A DNA stretch of 64,000 nucleotides from Spirochaetia bacterium (GTDB lineage Bacteria; Spirochaetota; Spirochaetia; SZUA-6; Bin103): the NCBI GenBank assembly GCA_965198005.1, contig CBDAOI010000003.1, positions 160,001 to 224,000 on the forward strand, written 5' to 3'. Positions 31,036 through 41,945 of the stretch are shown piece by piece; within the stretch, counting starts at the first letter, position 1, and every line of letters begins with the position of its first letter. The notes below the pieces were generated by a model. It ran no database searches, was not told where the DNA came from, and saw only the letters and a list, made by a program, of their open reading frames with translations. The position numbers were made by a program, and so were the translations under genes.

Positions 31036-33061
31036 TTGGAACACGTGGGCGAGATCGAGAAACGACTCTGGTCCAGCGCGGACAACCTGCGGGCCAACTC
31101 CAACTTCGCCAGCAACGAGTACTTCCTGCCCGTCATGGGGCTGATCTTCCTGCGCCACGCCTGCAGCCGCTTCCTCAAGGTCAAGGCCGAGATCGAGCCC
31201 TCGCTGCCGAGGCGCGGCGGCAGGCCACGCGCACTCACCAAGGAGGACTTCTCCCGGAAAGGCGCGATCTTCCTGCATTCGGAGGCGCAGTTCGACCATC
31301 TCGTCTCCCGGCCTGACAGCGCTGATCGCGCGCAGGTGATCATCGATGCGATGGAGAAGATCGAGCAGGACTACGAGACCCTGCGCGGCGCCCTGCCCAA
31401 GGCCGAGTACCAGGAACTCGACAACGACGTGCTCGGCCAGCTTCTGCGCACTTTCGACGACCCGGCCCTGAGGCGCGCGGACGGCGACGTGTTCGGGCGC
31501 ATCTACGAGTACTTCCTCACCCAGTTCGCCGACCAGAAGGCGCATGACGGCGGCGAGTTCTTCACGCCGGTCGCGCTGGTCCAGACCATCGTCAAGGTCA
31601 TCGAGCCGGACCACGGCCGCGTGCTCGACCCGGCCTGCGGCTCGGGCGGGATGTTCGTGCAGAGCGCGCACTTCATCGAACGCATGCACCTCGACCCGAC
31701 CGAACGGGCGACGTTCTTCGGCATGGAGAAGAACCCGACGACGATCCGCCTCGCCAACATGAACCTCGCCGTGCACGGCCTCGAGGGCAACATCCACAAG
31801 GCCATCACCTACTACGAGGACCCGCACGAGTTGTTCGGCACGTGCGACTTCGTCATGGCCAATCCGCCGTTCAACGTCGACGAAGTGGACGCGGAGAAGG
31901 TGAAGAACGACCCGCGCCTGCCCTATGCCCTACCTGGCGTGAACAAGAAGGGCAAGGTCTCCAACGGCAACTACCTCTGGATCTCCTACTTCGACAGCTA
32001 CCTGAACGACACCGGCCGGGCCGGGTTCGTGATGTCCTCGCAGGCGTCGTCGGCGGGCGGCGAGGAAGCGAAGGTGCGCCGCAAGCTGATCGAGGCGGGC
32101 CACCTGGACGTGATGGTGGCGATCCGCTCCGGTTTCTTCTACACGCGCACGGTGCCGTGCGAGCTGTGGTTCCTCGACAAGGCCAAGCCCGCCGAGCTGC
32201 GGGAGAAGGTGTTGATGATCGACGCGCGCAACGTCCACCGGAAGGTGACGCGCAAGATCTACGACTTCACGCCAGAGCAGCAGAAGAACCTCGCGGCCAT
32301 TGTCTGGCTCTATCGGGGCCAGAACGAACGCTTCCTCGCCCTCGTGGCCGAGCACCTCGAACGCATGGTCGAAGCAGCCAGCGAAGCCGCGACGCCCGTC
32401 CGGCGCCTTGCCGCCGCGCTTGCCGCGGCAGCCACGACGTGTGCCGATGGCGAACTCTCCGACGACCTCGCACAGAGCCACACGGAGTTCGAGAGACGCG
32501 CGGGAGGCGTTCGCGCACGACCTGGACGCCTTCGAGTCGGAGGCGGGCGATACCCGCGATGCATGGGACTCGTCCGGCCCCGACAACGCCGGGCTCACGG
32601 CGTTCGCCGCACGCGCCCAGCCCTTGGCGGAAGCAGGGCGCGACTTGATCCGCCAGGCCGATCATCTCCACAGGCTGCTGTCGCGCGTGGCCGAGGGTCG
32701 AAGGAACGGCCGCGGCAGCCCGCTCAAGGCAGTCGGCGAAGCGCGCAGCGACGCGGTGGAGCATCTCACAGCGCCGCACTACTTCTGGCGGCAGGCGCAC
32801 TGGCTTCAGGAGCGGTTCCCGGACGCGGCCCTGCGAGACGTCGAAGGGCTGGTGAAGCTGGTCGGCCACGACGAGTTGGCCGCCAACGATTGGAGCCTGA
32901 CGCCGGGACGCTACGTCGGGGTCGCACCGGAGGAGGAAGACGAGGATTTCGACTTCGAGCAGACGATGCGGGATATCCACTCGGAGCTCGATGAGCTCAA
33001 CGCAGAGTCGGTCCGGCTCGCGGCAAGCATCAAGCGCAACTTCGAGGCACTGCGGCTGTGA
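31036..33061 (+). CDS. hsdM: Type I R-M methyltransferase subunit; apparent frameshift ~32490
   Basis: LWSSADNLRAN, GEFFTP, DPACGSGGM, NPPF; C-terminus SLTPGRYVGV in ORF 32300-33061. Confidence 0.9.
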
Positions 33062-34053
33062 CGGAACGGAAATCCATGGGGCGCCGGCGCGCGGACGCTT
33101 CGATCCCAGCGCCTCCGGGCAGGGGAGAGTTGCCCGCTGACTACGCCGCCCTGCTCGTTGAGATCAAGGAACGCATCCGCACGGAACGCGTGCGCGTCGT
33201 GCTGGCCGCCAACCAGGCGATGGTGCTGCTCTACTGGGACATCGGCAAGGCGGTTCTCGCCCGCCAGGAGCGGGAAGGCTCGACCTCCGGGAGGCGTTCC
33301 CGGACATGCAGGATTCTCGCCCCGCAACCTCAAGTACATGCGCGCCTGGGGCGCCTGGCCCGACGCGAAATCGTGCAACGCGCCTTCCCTGGCGCAGTAA
33401 TCTGGCGCTGCTGCACACGACTCCCGGAGACTCCTGGTACGCCCGCAAGGAGGAACTACAGTTCCTGTACGAGCGTCAGGGACATCACCAACTTCCCGCG
33501 GACGCTGCCGCCGTCCGACTCCGATCTGGCCACGCTGGTTCAAGGACCCGTACCTGTACGACTTCCTCGGCACCGCCGGCCGCGCACGGAACGGGAGCTC
33601 GAGCAGGGGCTCGCTGACCACATCCAGCGCTTCCTGCTGGAGATGGGGGCCGGCTTCGCCTTCGTCGGCCGGCAGGTGCTCCTCGAGGTCGGCGACAGCG
33701 ACTTTCGCGTGGACCTGCTGTTCTACCACCTCCAACTCCGCCGCTTCGTCGTAGTCGAGCTCAAGGCGGTCCCGTTCAGCCCCGCCTTCGTCGGCCAGAT
33801 GAACCTCTACCTCTCCGCCGTGGACGACCTGATGCGCCACCCCGACGACACCCCCACCATCGGCCTGCTGCTCTGCAAGGGCAAGGACCGAATGGTCGTC
33901 GAGTACGCCCTGCGCGACCTCGCCAAGCCCCTGGACGTCGCGGACTGGGAGACCCGCTTGGTCGATATCCTGCCGGACGATCTCAAGGGCAGCCTGCCGA
34001 CCATCGACGAGATCGAGGCGGAGCTCCACGGAGCCGACGGGGACGAAGGATGA
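33058..34053 (+). pseudogene. YhcG/DUF1016 PD-(D/E)xK protein with internal frameshifts/deletions
   Basis: LLYWDIG; GFSPRNLKYMR in another frame; FLLEMGAGFAFVGRQ, DLLFYH, VELK, GQMNLY. Confidence 0.8.
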
Positions 34054-35255
34054 GGTCGGCACGATTGAAGTCCGCGCCCCACGACCGATATTCAAATCGA
34101 TCCAGGTTTCCTTGTGCCGTATGGGTCGTGAAGAGACTTGATGAGCTTGGAACGGTGGTAACTGGCAAGACTCCGGCGACCGCCAATCCTGAATTCTATG
34201 GAGGAGACTTCCTATTCGTAACGCCCAGCGACATGCAATGGAACTCATACTACGTGACCGAAACTCGCTCGACTGTGACAGAAAGAGCTCGTGGATCTCA
34301 TCGGAATCAGTTCATCCCTAGAGATTCCATAGTGTTTACATGCATCGGTAACACGATTGGGAAATGTGGAATTGCGTCGGCGGATTGTCTGACAAATCAA
34401 CAAGTCAACTCAATCATCGTTAACGGGGCTAACAGCCCGCAGTTTGTGTATTACGCGTTGATGCAGAACCGCCCCATGATTCGCGCTATTGGTCTGAGTG
34501 GAGGTGCTCCACAGCCAATAATCAACAAGAGTACGTTTTCTTCCGTCCAAATTGATGTCCCGGACAGGGCAACGCAAGATAAAATTGCCGACATTCTCTC
34601 CGCCTACGACGAGCTGATCGAGAATAACCGGCGGCGGATTGCACTGCTGGAACAGGCTGCGCGGGAGCTCTACCGGGAGTGGTTCGTCCGGCTCCGCTTT
34701 CCCGGCCATGAGAGCACCGGAGTGGTCGATGGCCTGCCGAAGGGGTGGGAAACAAAGACGCTAGGTGAGGTGGCCGACATTCGTGGCGGAAAGCAATTCT
34801 GGGGCGAGGAGCTGGATGACTCGCACCAGTATCCTGTATTTGGAGGAAACGGTATTCAAGGATACTCGAGTAAGTCGACGCATACCGGTTTCGTGATTGT
34901 GTTTGGTCGTGTCGGCGTGAATTGTGGAAGTATCCACTGGTCCTACGACGGGGGATGGGTGAACAACAACGCCTCATCCATTGTTCCGCGTTACTTCAAT
35001 GAGCTTGTTCTGCAACATCTGTTACATTATGATTTCTCACATTTGCGTAAAGGAGCCGCGCAGCCCTTCATTCCAAATGGACTTCTCTCAACTGTTAGAC
35101 TTGTCATACCGAGAAAAGAACTATCAGTGCAGTATTGCAATCTTGTGCTGGGCATTGGTATACAACAAACAAATCTGCACCAACAGACAAGGGATCTTGC
35201 GCGCGCCCGCGACCTCCTCCTCCCCCGCCTGATGTCTGGGGAGGTACCGGGTTGA
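34050..35255 (+). CDS. hsdS: Type I R-M specificity subunit
   Basis: GKTP TRD start, QDKIADILSAYDELIENNRRRI central helix, RDLLLPRLMSGE; TRDs visibly lower GC. Confidence 0.92.
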   Translation: MRSARLKSAPHDRYSNRSRFPCAVWVVKRLDELGTVVTGKTPATANPEFYGGDFLFVTPSDMQWNSYYVTETRSTVTERARGSHRNQFIPRDSIVFTCIGNTIGKCGIASADCLTNQQVNSIIVNGANSPQFVYYALMQNRPMIRAIGLSGGAPQPIINKSTFSSVQIDVPDRATQDKIADILSAYDELIENNRRRIALLEQAARELYREWFVRLRFPGHESTGVVDGLPKGWETKTLGEVADIRGGKQFWGEELDDSHQYPVFGGNGIQGYSSKSTHTGFVIVFGRVGVNCGSIHWSYDGGWVNNNASSIVPRYFNELVLQHLLHYDFSHLRKGAAQPFIPNGLLSTVRLVIPRKELSVQYCNLVLGIGIQQTNLHQQTRDLARARDLLLPRLMSGEVPG

Positions 35256-35485
35256 ACCGTGCCGCTCTCACCGACGGGATACGGCGGTCGATGATCGCTT
35301 GGTCTCGTCAAGCGTCCCGCACGAAAGGGAGATCGTGGTTCTCGCGCGTGAGAAGTACCGGAAGACGTTGCGGATTCACTACCCACCGACCGGCAAGGGC
35401 CGGAAGATCCCGGTACGGATGACGGAGACTCGATGAGCCTGGCACTGTTATTCGGCCGGTTCCCTGCGGCCGCGCGGCCGCAGAA

Positions 35486-35824
35486 CGTCGGGCTCCTGTG
35501 GCTGCCGGTGGGGATCGCCCTCTCGGCGCCGGTGCGCGGCCTCGGGTTCACTGCCGCGCCAGGACCGTAGCCGACGATGGCGCTGATGGTGGCCTCGTCG
35601 CTGGTGGTGGTCGCGCCGGCGGGGCTGCCGCTGGCGCTGGCGTGCCGGCAACTCCGGCGGCTGGGGTACGTGCGGGTGACTTGGGCCGCCATTGCGGTGC
35701 TGGCGCCCGCCACCGTGGCCGCGTCCCTGCTCGCGGCGCTGCTCGGGCCGCTGGCGATCGCCGTCTACGCGGCGCTCTTGAGCCTGCCGGTCTGGATTGC
35801 GGTGGTGGTGCTGCGCCGCCGGCG
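35486..35824 (+). repeat. 339-bp direct repeat, copy 2 (5'-truncated pseudogene copy with TGG>TAG stop)
   Basis: Copy of 30643-30981; ggaccgTAG at ~35568 vs ggaccgTGG. Confidence 0.9.
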
Positions 35825-35873
35825 CTGACCTGCGGCCCCGCGCAGCACCCCAAGCCGCCGCCTGTCGGCGCCG

Positions 35874-36713
35874 CTATTGGCCCGTCCCGTGCGTCTTCAC
35901 GTCGAGGCGCGTGCCGCAGTGGCGGCAGAAGGCGGCGTCCCGCTCGTGGCTCGCCTTGGAGCACGCCTGACAGCGGCGCTGGTCGCGTGCCTGCAGGGCG
36001 TGCGACACCTCCACCGTGACCAGCCCGGTGGGAACGGCGATCATCCCGTAGCCCATGATCATGATCAGCATCGCCAGCGCCTGACCGGGACCGGTCTGGG
36101 GCGAGATGTCGCCGTAGCCCACGGTGGTGAGGGTCACGACCGCCCAGTACAGGCTGCGCGGGATGCTGGTGAACCCGTTCGCTTCGCCCTCGATGACGTA
36201 GATCAGCGACCCCAGCGTGAGGGCGATCAGCAGCACGGCGAACAGGAACACGGTGATCTTGCGCCGGCTCGCCCGCAGCGCATCCACGATCAGCGTGGCC
36301 TCCGCGATGTACGGCACCAGCTTCAGCACCCGGAACACGCGCAGCACGCGCAGCACGCGCAACACCCCCAGGTAGTGGCTGCCCGGGAGCAGCAGCCCCA
36401 GGAACGCCGGCAACACCGTAAACAGGTCGACCAGCCCGAAGAAGCTGAGCGCGTAACGGTGCGGCCGGTACGCGCACAGGAGGCGCAGCACGTACTCGAC
36501 CAGAAACAATCCGGTGAAGATCCACTCGGCGACGGTCAGAAACGGGCCGAGCACGGCCCGCACCGGGGCCGAACTTTCGAGCACCACGACGGTGACGCTG
36601 GCCACGATGGCCGCGATCAGAACCACGTCGAACCGCCGGCCGGCTGGGGTATCTGAGAGAAAGATGACCCGGAACAGGCGGTCGCGCCACGCCCCGGGCA
36701 GGCGCCTTACCAC
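35874..36713 (-). CDS. Voltage-gated potassium channel-like ion transporter
   Basis: S4 LRVLRVLRVFRVLK, filter TTVGYGD, C-terminal CxxC..CxxC. Confidence 0.92.
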   Translation of the reverse strand: MVRRLPGAWRDRLFRVIFLSDTPAGRRFDVVLIAAIVASVTVVVLESSAPVRAVLGPFLTVAEWIFTGLFLVEYVLRLLCAYRPHRYALSFFGLVDLFTVLPAFLGLLLPGSHYLGVLRVLRVLRVFRVLKLVPYIAEATLIVDALRASRRKITVFLFAVLLIALTLGSLIYVIEGEANGFTSIPRSLYWAVVTLTTVGYGDISPQTGPGQALAMLIMIMGYGMIAVPTGLVTVEVSHALQARDQRRCQACSKASHERDAAFCRHCGTRLDVKTHGTGQ

Positions 36714-36760
36714 GGTTCAGGTCCGTGCCGGGTTTTGGCCGACGCCGCCCCGGGCCGGCG

Positions 36761-38167
36761 TCAGGCGGTGGCGCGTTGCGCGACCGCCGCCGGTTCCGGA
36801 CATCGCTCCTCGATCCGGCCGCCCAGGCCGAGGAGCTTGTCGAGCACCGCCTCGTAGCCGCGCTCGATGTTGCCCACCTGGGTAAGGGTGCTCTCACCGT
36901 CCGCCACCAGCGCCGCCAACAGGTAGGCGAACCCGGCGCGCAGGTCGGGCACCACCAGGTCGCACGGGAGCAGCGGCGTCGGCCCCCGGATGAGGGCGCT
37001 GTGATGGCAGCCGCGGCCGTGAAACCGGCAGTGCCGGGCGCCGAGACAGTTCGTGCTCAGCTCGATCCCGGCCCCCATCTCCCCGAGCGCGGCCACGTAC
37101 CCGAGGCGGCGCTCGTAGACCGTCTCATGCACCAGCGACACCCCGGCGGCCTGGGTCAGCAGCACCACCAGCGGCGGCTGCCAGTCGGTCATGAATCCGG
37201 GATGCGGGCTGGTCGCCACCTGCAGCGGACGGGGAATGCGCGGGCCGCGAAACAGAATCCCCGCCGGATCGATCCGGAACTCCCCACCGGCGCGGCCGAG
37301 CGCGTGCAGGAACGTCAGCATGTGTTCGGCCACCGCTCCGCGCACGAATACGTCGCCCCCGGTGGCCACCGCCGCGGTAGCGTACGAGGCCGCCTCCAGG
37401 CGGTCGCCGATCACCGGATAGCGCGCCCCGTGCAACCGTTCGACCCCGTCCACCACCCAGGTGCGCTCGCCCTGGCGGTGGATGAGGGCGCCCATCGCCT
37501 GCAGGAACCCGACCAGATTCTGGATTTCCGGCTCGATCGCGGCGTTCCGGATGACCGTACGCCCGTCGGCGCCGGCCGCGGCCAGCAGCAACTGTTCGGT
37601 CGCCCCGACACTGGGGTAGCGCAGCCGTACGGTGGCGCCGGTCAGCCGGTCGCACCGGAACCGGGTAACGTCGTTGTCGCGTTCGATCGTGGCGCCCAGC
37701 CGGCGCAACCCCGCGACGTGGAAGTCGATCGGCCGCGCGCCGATCGCGTCGCCGCCGATGGTGGCAATCCGGGCCCGGCCCAGGCGCTGCAGCAGCACCG
37801 CGATGAAGATCACGCAGCAGCGGTTCTCGGGGCTGACGTCGGTCGGGATCCGCCAATCGGCGAGGGACGCGGGCTGTATCTCGAGGGTGGTGGCGTCGAG
37901 CCAGCGCCACCCCACGCCCAGGGCAGTGCAGATGCGGAGGGTCAAGTCCACCTCGCCGATGCGCGGCACGTTCTCGATGACGCTCGGCTCCGTGCTGAGC
38001 AGCGAGGCGATGATCAGTTTCGGCGCGGCGTTCTTGGCGCCGGCGATGGTTATCTCTCCGCTGAGGGGCAACCCCCCGCGGACCACGTAGACGCGCTCGT
38101 CCGACGCCGACGCCGCCGGCGGTGCGCCGAGCTCGGTGACCGAATCCAAATAACCGTGTACGCGCAA
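36761..38167 (-). CDS. murA: UDP-N-acetylglucosamine 1-carboxyvinyltransferase (Asp at the Cys115-equivalent position)
   Basis: GAKNAA, GGDAIGARPIDFH, SVGATE, NAAIEPE, PGFMTDWQ, DLRAG, IERGYE; start uncertain. Confidence 0.92.
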   Translation of the reverse strand: MRVHGYLDSVTELGAPPAASASDERVYVVRGGLPLSGEITIAGAKNAAPKLIIASLLSTEPSVIENVPRIGEVDLTLRICTALGVGWRWLDATTLEIQPASLADWRIPTDVSPENRCCVIFIAVLLQRLGRARIATIGGDAIGARPIDFHVAGLRRLGATIERDNDVTRFRCDRLTGATVRLRYPSVGATEQLLLAAAGADGRTVIRNAAIEPEIQNLVGFLQAMGALIHRQGERTWVVDGVERLHGARYPVIGDRLEAASYATAAVATGGDVFVRGAVAEHMLTFLHALGRAGGEFRIDPAGILFRGPRIPRPLQVATSPHPGFMTDWQPPLVVLLTQAAGVSLVHETVYERRLGYVAALGEMGAGIELSTNCLGARHCRFHGRGCHHSALIRGPTPLLPCDLVVPDLRAGFAYLLAALVADGESTLTQVGNIERGYEAVLDKLLGLGGRIEERCPEPAAVAQRATA

Positions 38168-38258
38168 TTAACCCCCCCTCCCAGTAGCTTTTGCCCGGTA
38201 GTATCAATGTTCGGCCGGTCGGCGGCGCTGGCTAATGCATAATTGACGCCCGCTCCGG

Positions 38259-38516
38259 CTAGTTGTCGGTGGACGGCAGACCGTAGCGCCGGCGGAACTT
38301 CTCGATCCGGCCGGCGCTGTCCACCAGCGTCTGCTTGCCCGTATAGAACGGGTGTGACGCACTCGAAATCTCGATGTTGATCAACGGGTACTCGTTGCCG
38401 TCCTCCCACTGGATCTTCTCCTTCGAGCCGTGCGTTGAGCGGCTCAGAAAGGCGAAGTCCGAGGAGGTGTCCTTGAACACCACGAAACCGTACTTGGGAT
38501 GAATGGCATCCTGCAT
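38259..38516 (-). CDS. rpmE2: 50S ribosomal protein L31 type B
   Basis: [29 protein letters not shown]; no CxxC. Confidence 0.95.
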   Translation of the reverse strand: MQDAIHPKYGFVVFKDTSSDFAFLSRSTHGSKEKIQWEDGNEYPLINIEISSASHPFYTGKQTLVDSAGRIEKFRRRYGLPSTDN

Positions 38517-38536
38517 GCTAGTATGACCCTGGATGG

Positions 38537-38565
38537 AACTTAGCGACTTGCCCGGGTTCTGTCAA
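38537..38565 (-). promoter_or_regulatory. Putative sigma70 promoter of rpmE2
   Basis: Minus strand TTGACA-N17-TAAGTT. Confidence 0.6.
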
Positions 38566-38612
38566 CGCCTACTGCCGCGTCGCCTGCGTCGCTACACCGC
38601 GCGCCGCGCACG

Positions 38613-39068
38613 TCACGGACTGTCGGGCTGGCGCATGGTATACCATACGCCGCGGCCCAGCGATAGTTTCTTTTGATAGGAAATCTCCGGCGTGGTGCCC
38701 TTCTTGTAGCCCCAGAACCGCTCGATCACCTCTTCGGAGAAGTCGAGCTGGCTCATCTGCTCACGCTTCTCGATCTGTTCCCACGACGCCTTCCGCTCCT
38801 TCTGCTGCGCCGGGGTCATCTCCCGGATCTCCTCCTCGTACTGCTCGATCAGGGAATCGATCGTCTCGACCAACTCATCCTTCCCGACGCGCGGCACCTC
38901 CGGCACGACCTCCGCGGTAGCGCCGACGGTTTGCGGTTGGCCCTCCCCGGCGGGCGCCGGCTGCGGTGCGGCCGCGCTCGGCTTGGGATCGGGCTTCGGC
39001 TTGGGGCGGAAGGTGCGGTACAACACGTACACCGCGATTACCACTCCGGCCAGGAGCGCCCAAGTCAT
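38613..39068 (-). CDS. Hypothetical membrane-anchored protein
   Basis: N-terminal TM helix, Pro-rich linker, charged domain. Confidence 0.65.
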   Translation of the reverse strand: MTWALLAGVVIAVYVLYRTFRPKPKPDPKPSAAAPQPAPAGEGQPQTVGATAEVVPEVPRVGKDELVETIDSLIEQYEEEIREMTPAQQKERKASWEQIEKREQMSQLDFSEEVIERFWGYKKGTTPEISYQKKLSLGRGVWYTMRQPDSP

Positions 39069-39218
39069 CGGGAACCACCGTTGGGGTGGTGGGGTAACAA
39101 CAACATTTCGCCGCGCAGCATAACACGTCGGCACGCGCGTTGCAGGCCGGCCCGCGCACGTCGTCGAACCTCGAGCGGGCGTGGACGGCGCGCCCGATGC
39201 GCGCTATCGTGGACGCTT

Positions 39219-40400
39219 ATGGCTGGGTCGCGGCCGCTGCACGGCATCACGGTAGTCGACATGACACGGGTCCTCGCCGGCCCTTTCTGCACGATGGTGT
39301 TGCGTGATCTGGGCGCCCGGATCATCAAGGTGGAGCAGCCGGAGGGTGACGAAGCGCGTGGCTTCGGCCCCTTTCTGCCGGCGGAGGGTGCCGCCGGACA
39401 CGGCCCCTCCGCGTACTTCACCAGCCTCAACTGCGGCAAGCGCTCGCTGGTGCTGGACCTCAAGAGCGTCGCCGGGCGGGAGGCGTTCGCCCGGTTGGTG
39501 CGGCGGGCGGATGCGCTGGTCGAAAACTACCGCCCCGGCACGCTGGCCAAGCTGGGGTTCCCGGCCGCGCGTCTGCAGCAACTCAACCCGCGCCTGGTGT
39601 ACGCCGCGATCAGCGGCTTCGGCGCGACCGGCCCCGCGGCCCAACGCCCCGCCTACGACCTGGTCATCCAGGCGCTGTCGGGACTGATGTCGATCACCGG
39701 CACCGAGACCGAGCCCGGGCAGCCCGGCCGGCGCGTGCGGGTCGGAACGTCGATCGCGGACATCGTCAGTGGTCTGTACGCGGCCGTCGGCGTCGCCGCG
39801 GCTCTGGTGCGACGCGCCCGAACCGGCGCCGGGGCCGTGCTGGACCTGGCCATGCTCGATGCCACCGTGTCGGTGCTGGAAAACGCCGTCGCCCGCTATC
39901 AGGTCGAGGGCACGGTGCCGGCGCCGCTCGGCTCGCGTCATCCGTCGATCTCCCCGTTCGAGACGTTCGCCACCGCCGACCGCGAGCTCGTGGTGGCGGC
40001 CGGCAACGACCGGCTGTTCGCGGCGCTGTGCACGGCGGTCGGCCGCCCCGAGCTGGCGCAGGACCCCCGCTTCCTCGACAACGCCGCGCGCAACCGCAAT
40101 ACCGTACAGCTCAAGCGCGAGCTCGAAGCCGCCCTGCGGCGCGCGCCGGCCGCCGCCTGGCTGCAGCGGCTGGCCGACGCGGGGGTGCCGGTGGCGCCGG
40201 TGAACACGGTCGCCGACCTGTTCGACGATCCCCAGCTCGCGGCGCGCGCCATGCTGCCGCCGCTGGCCGGCGGCGCGGGGTTCCGGGTTACCGGCAGTCC
40301 GCTCAAGTTCGCGGGGGTGCCGCCGGAACGGCTGCGGCCGCCGGCCCCCGCCCTGGGCGAGCACACCGCCGACATCCTGCGCGAGCTGTCCGAGGGGTAG
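39219..40400 (+). CDS. CaiB/BaiF family III CoA-transferase
   Basis: VLAGPFCT..L.DLGA.IIKVE, ENYRPG, GFGATGP, PALGEHT. Confidence 0.92.
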   Translation: MAGSRPLHGITVVDMTRVLAGPFCTMVLRDLGARIIKVEQPEGDEARGFGPFLPAEGAAGHGPSAYFTSLNCGKRSLVLDLKSVAGREAFARLVRRADALVENYRPGTLAKLGFPAARLQQLNPRLVYAAISGFGATGPAAQRPAYDLVIQALSGLMSITGTETEPGQPGRRVRVGTSIADIVSGLYAAVGVAAALVRRARTGAGAVLDLAMLDATVSVLENAVARYQVEGTVPAPLGSRHPSISPFETFATADRELVVAAGNDRLFAALCTAVGRPELAQDPRFLDNAARNRNTVQLKRELEAALRRAPAAAWLQRLADAGVPVAPVNTVADLFDDPQLAARAMLPPLAGGAGFRVTGSPLKFAGVPPERLRPPAPALGEHTADILRELSEG

Positions 40401-40417
40401 CTCCCGGCCTTGAAGCG

Positions 40418-41836
40418 CTACTCCGACAGGTGGAACACCGCCATCTTGGTTTCGGTCATCTCCTGCACCGCGTACTTCGGCCCCTCCTTGCCCATGCCGC
40501 TGTCCTTGACGCCGCCGTAGGGCATCAGGTCGGCGCGCCACTGCGTGCCCCAGTTGACGTGCAGGTTGCCGGAGTCGCACTCGCGCACGAACTTCATCGC
40601 CCAGTCCAGGTTCTGGGTGAAGATGGCGGCGCTGAGGCCGTAGTTGGTGGCGTTGGCCAGCGCGATGGCGCTGTCGAGGTCGGGGGACTCGGTGACCCCC
40701 ACCACCGGACCGAAGATCTCATCGCAGGAGATGCGCATCTCGGGGCTGACGTCGGCCACCAGGGTGGGCTGGAACAACTGGCCGTTGCGCTCGCCGCCGG
40801 TGAGCACGCGCGCGCCCGAGCCGGCTGCCTCACTGACCCAGTCGGCGACCCGCGCCGAGTCCGTTTCGCGGATCATCGGCCCCATGCCGGTGGCCGCGTC
40901 CAACGGGTCGCCGGTGGAGATCGACTCGACGGCCGCGGTCATCGCCTCCAGCAGGTCGCCGTAGATGTCGCGGTGGGCGATGACCCGCTGGGTGGAGATG
41001 CAGACCTGGCCGGCGTTGGCGTAGCCGCTGGCCGCGGCGGCCTTGGCCACCCGCTCCGGGTCGGCGTCGGACATGACGATCAGCGGCGAGTTGGAGCCCA
41101 GCTCCATGGTCACCCGCTTGAGCCCTGCGACCTTGCAGATCTGCTCGCCGATGTCGCGGCTCCCGGTAAAGGTGATCTTGCGCACGCGCGGATCCGCGCA
41201 CAACGCGTTGCCGATGGCGCTGCCGGGACCGGTCAGACATTGCACCGCCTCGGGCGGGGTGCCCGCTTCCAGGAACAGCTCGATCAGCTTGAGCGCCGAC
41301 AGCGGGGTGTCGGTGGCCGGCTTGATGATGCAGGCGTTGCCCGAGGCGATCGCCGGGCCGATCTTGTGGCATACCAGGTGCAGCGGGAAATTGAACGGAC
41401 TGATGCCCACGACGACCCCGCACGGGACCCGCACCGTGAACCCGAACTTGCCGCTGACGCCGGGCGCGCCGTCGAGCGGGATCACTTCCCCGCCGAGCCG
41501 CTTCGCCTCTTCCGCCGAGAGCGAGATGATCTCCGCCGCCCGGGTCGCCTCAATCGTCGCCTCGGCCAGGATCTTGCCCTCTTCCAGGGTAATGGTACGC
41601 GCCAGTTCGTCCGTCCGTTCGCGCATCAGGTTGGCGACCCGGTGCAGGATTTCGTAGCGCTGATAGCCGGTCAGGCTGCGCATCACGCGCGCGCCGCGCT
41701 CGGCCGTGGCCAGCGCCTGCTCCACGTCGTTCAGGTCGGAGCGCGGCACCGTGTCCACCACCGAGCCGTCGAAAGGGTTGAGCACCTCGATCTTTTGGAG
41801 CTTGTCCACCCAGGTGCCGCCAAGAAGCATTTTCAT
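40418..41836 (-). CDS. Aldehyde dehydrogenase family protein
   Basis: SPFNFP, KPA, FTGS, MELGSN, GQVCIS, EIFGPV. Confidence 0.92.
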   Translation of the reverse strand: MKMLLGGTWVDKLQKIEVLNPFDGSVVDTVPRSDLNDVEQALATAERGARVMRSLTGYQRYEILHRVANLMRERTDELARTITLEEGKILAEATIEATRAAEIISLSAEEAKRLGGEVIPLDGAPGVSGKFGFTVRVPCGVVVGISPFNFPLHLVCHKIGPAIASGNACIIKPATDTPLSALKLIELFLEAGTPPEAVQCLTGPGSAIGNALCADPRVRKITFTGSRDIGEQICKVAGLKRVTMELGSNSPLIVMSDADPERVAKAAAASGYANAGQVCISTQRVIAHRDIYGDLLEAMTAAVESISTGDPLDAATGMGPMIRETDSARVADWVSEAAGSGARVLTGGERNGQLFQPTLVADVSPEMRISCDEIFGPVVGVTESPDLDSAIALANATNYGLSAAIFTQNLDWAMKFVRECDSGNLHVNWGTQWRADLMPYGGVKDSGMGKEGPKYAVQEMTETKMAVFHLSE

Positions 41837-41945
41837 GATAAGGATCCTCCTGTGTCCGGTTCCATTATTCGCATCGCGCGCCGGTCTGCCAAATGGTTCG
41901 GGCGGACGCGGCCGACCGCGGGCGACAGCGCACGCCAGCGGCAGT

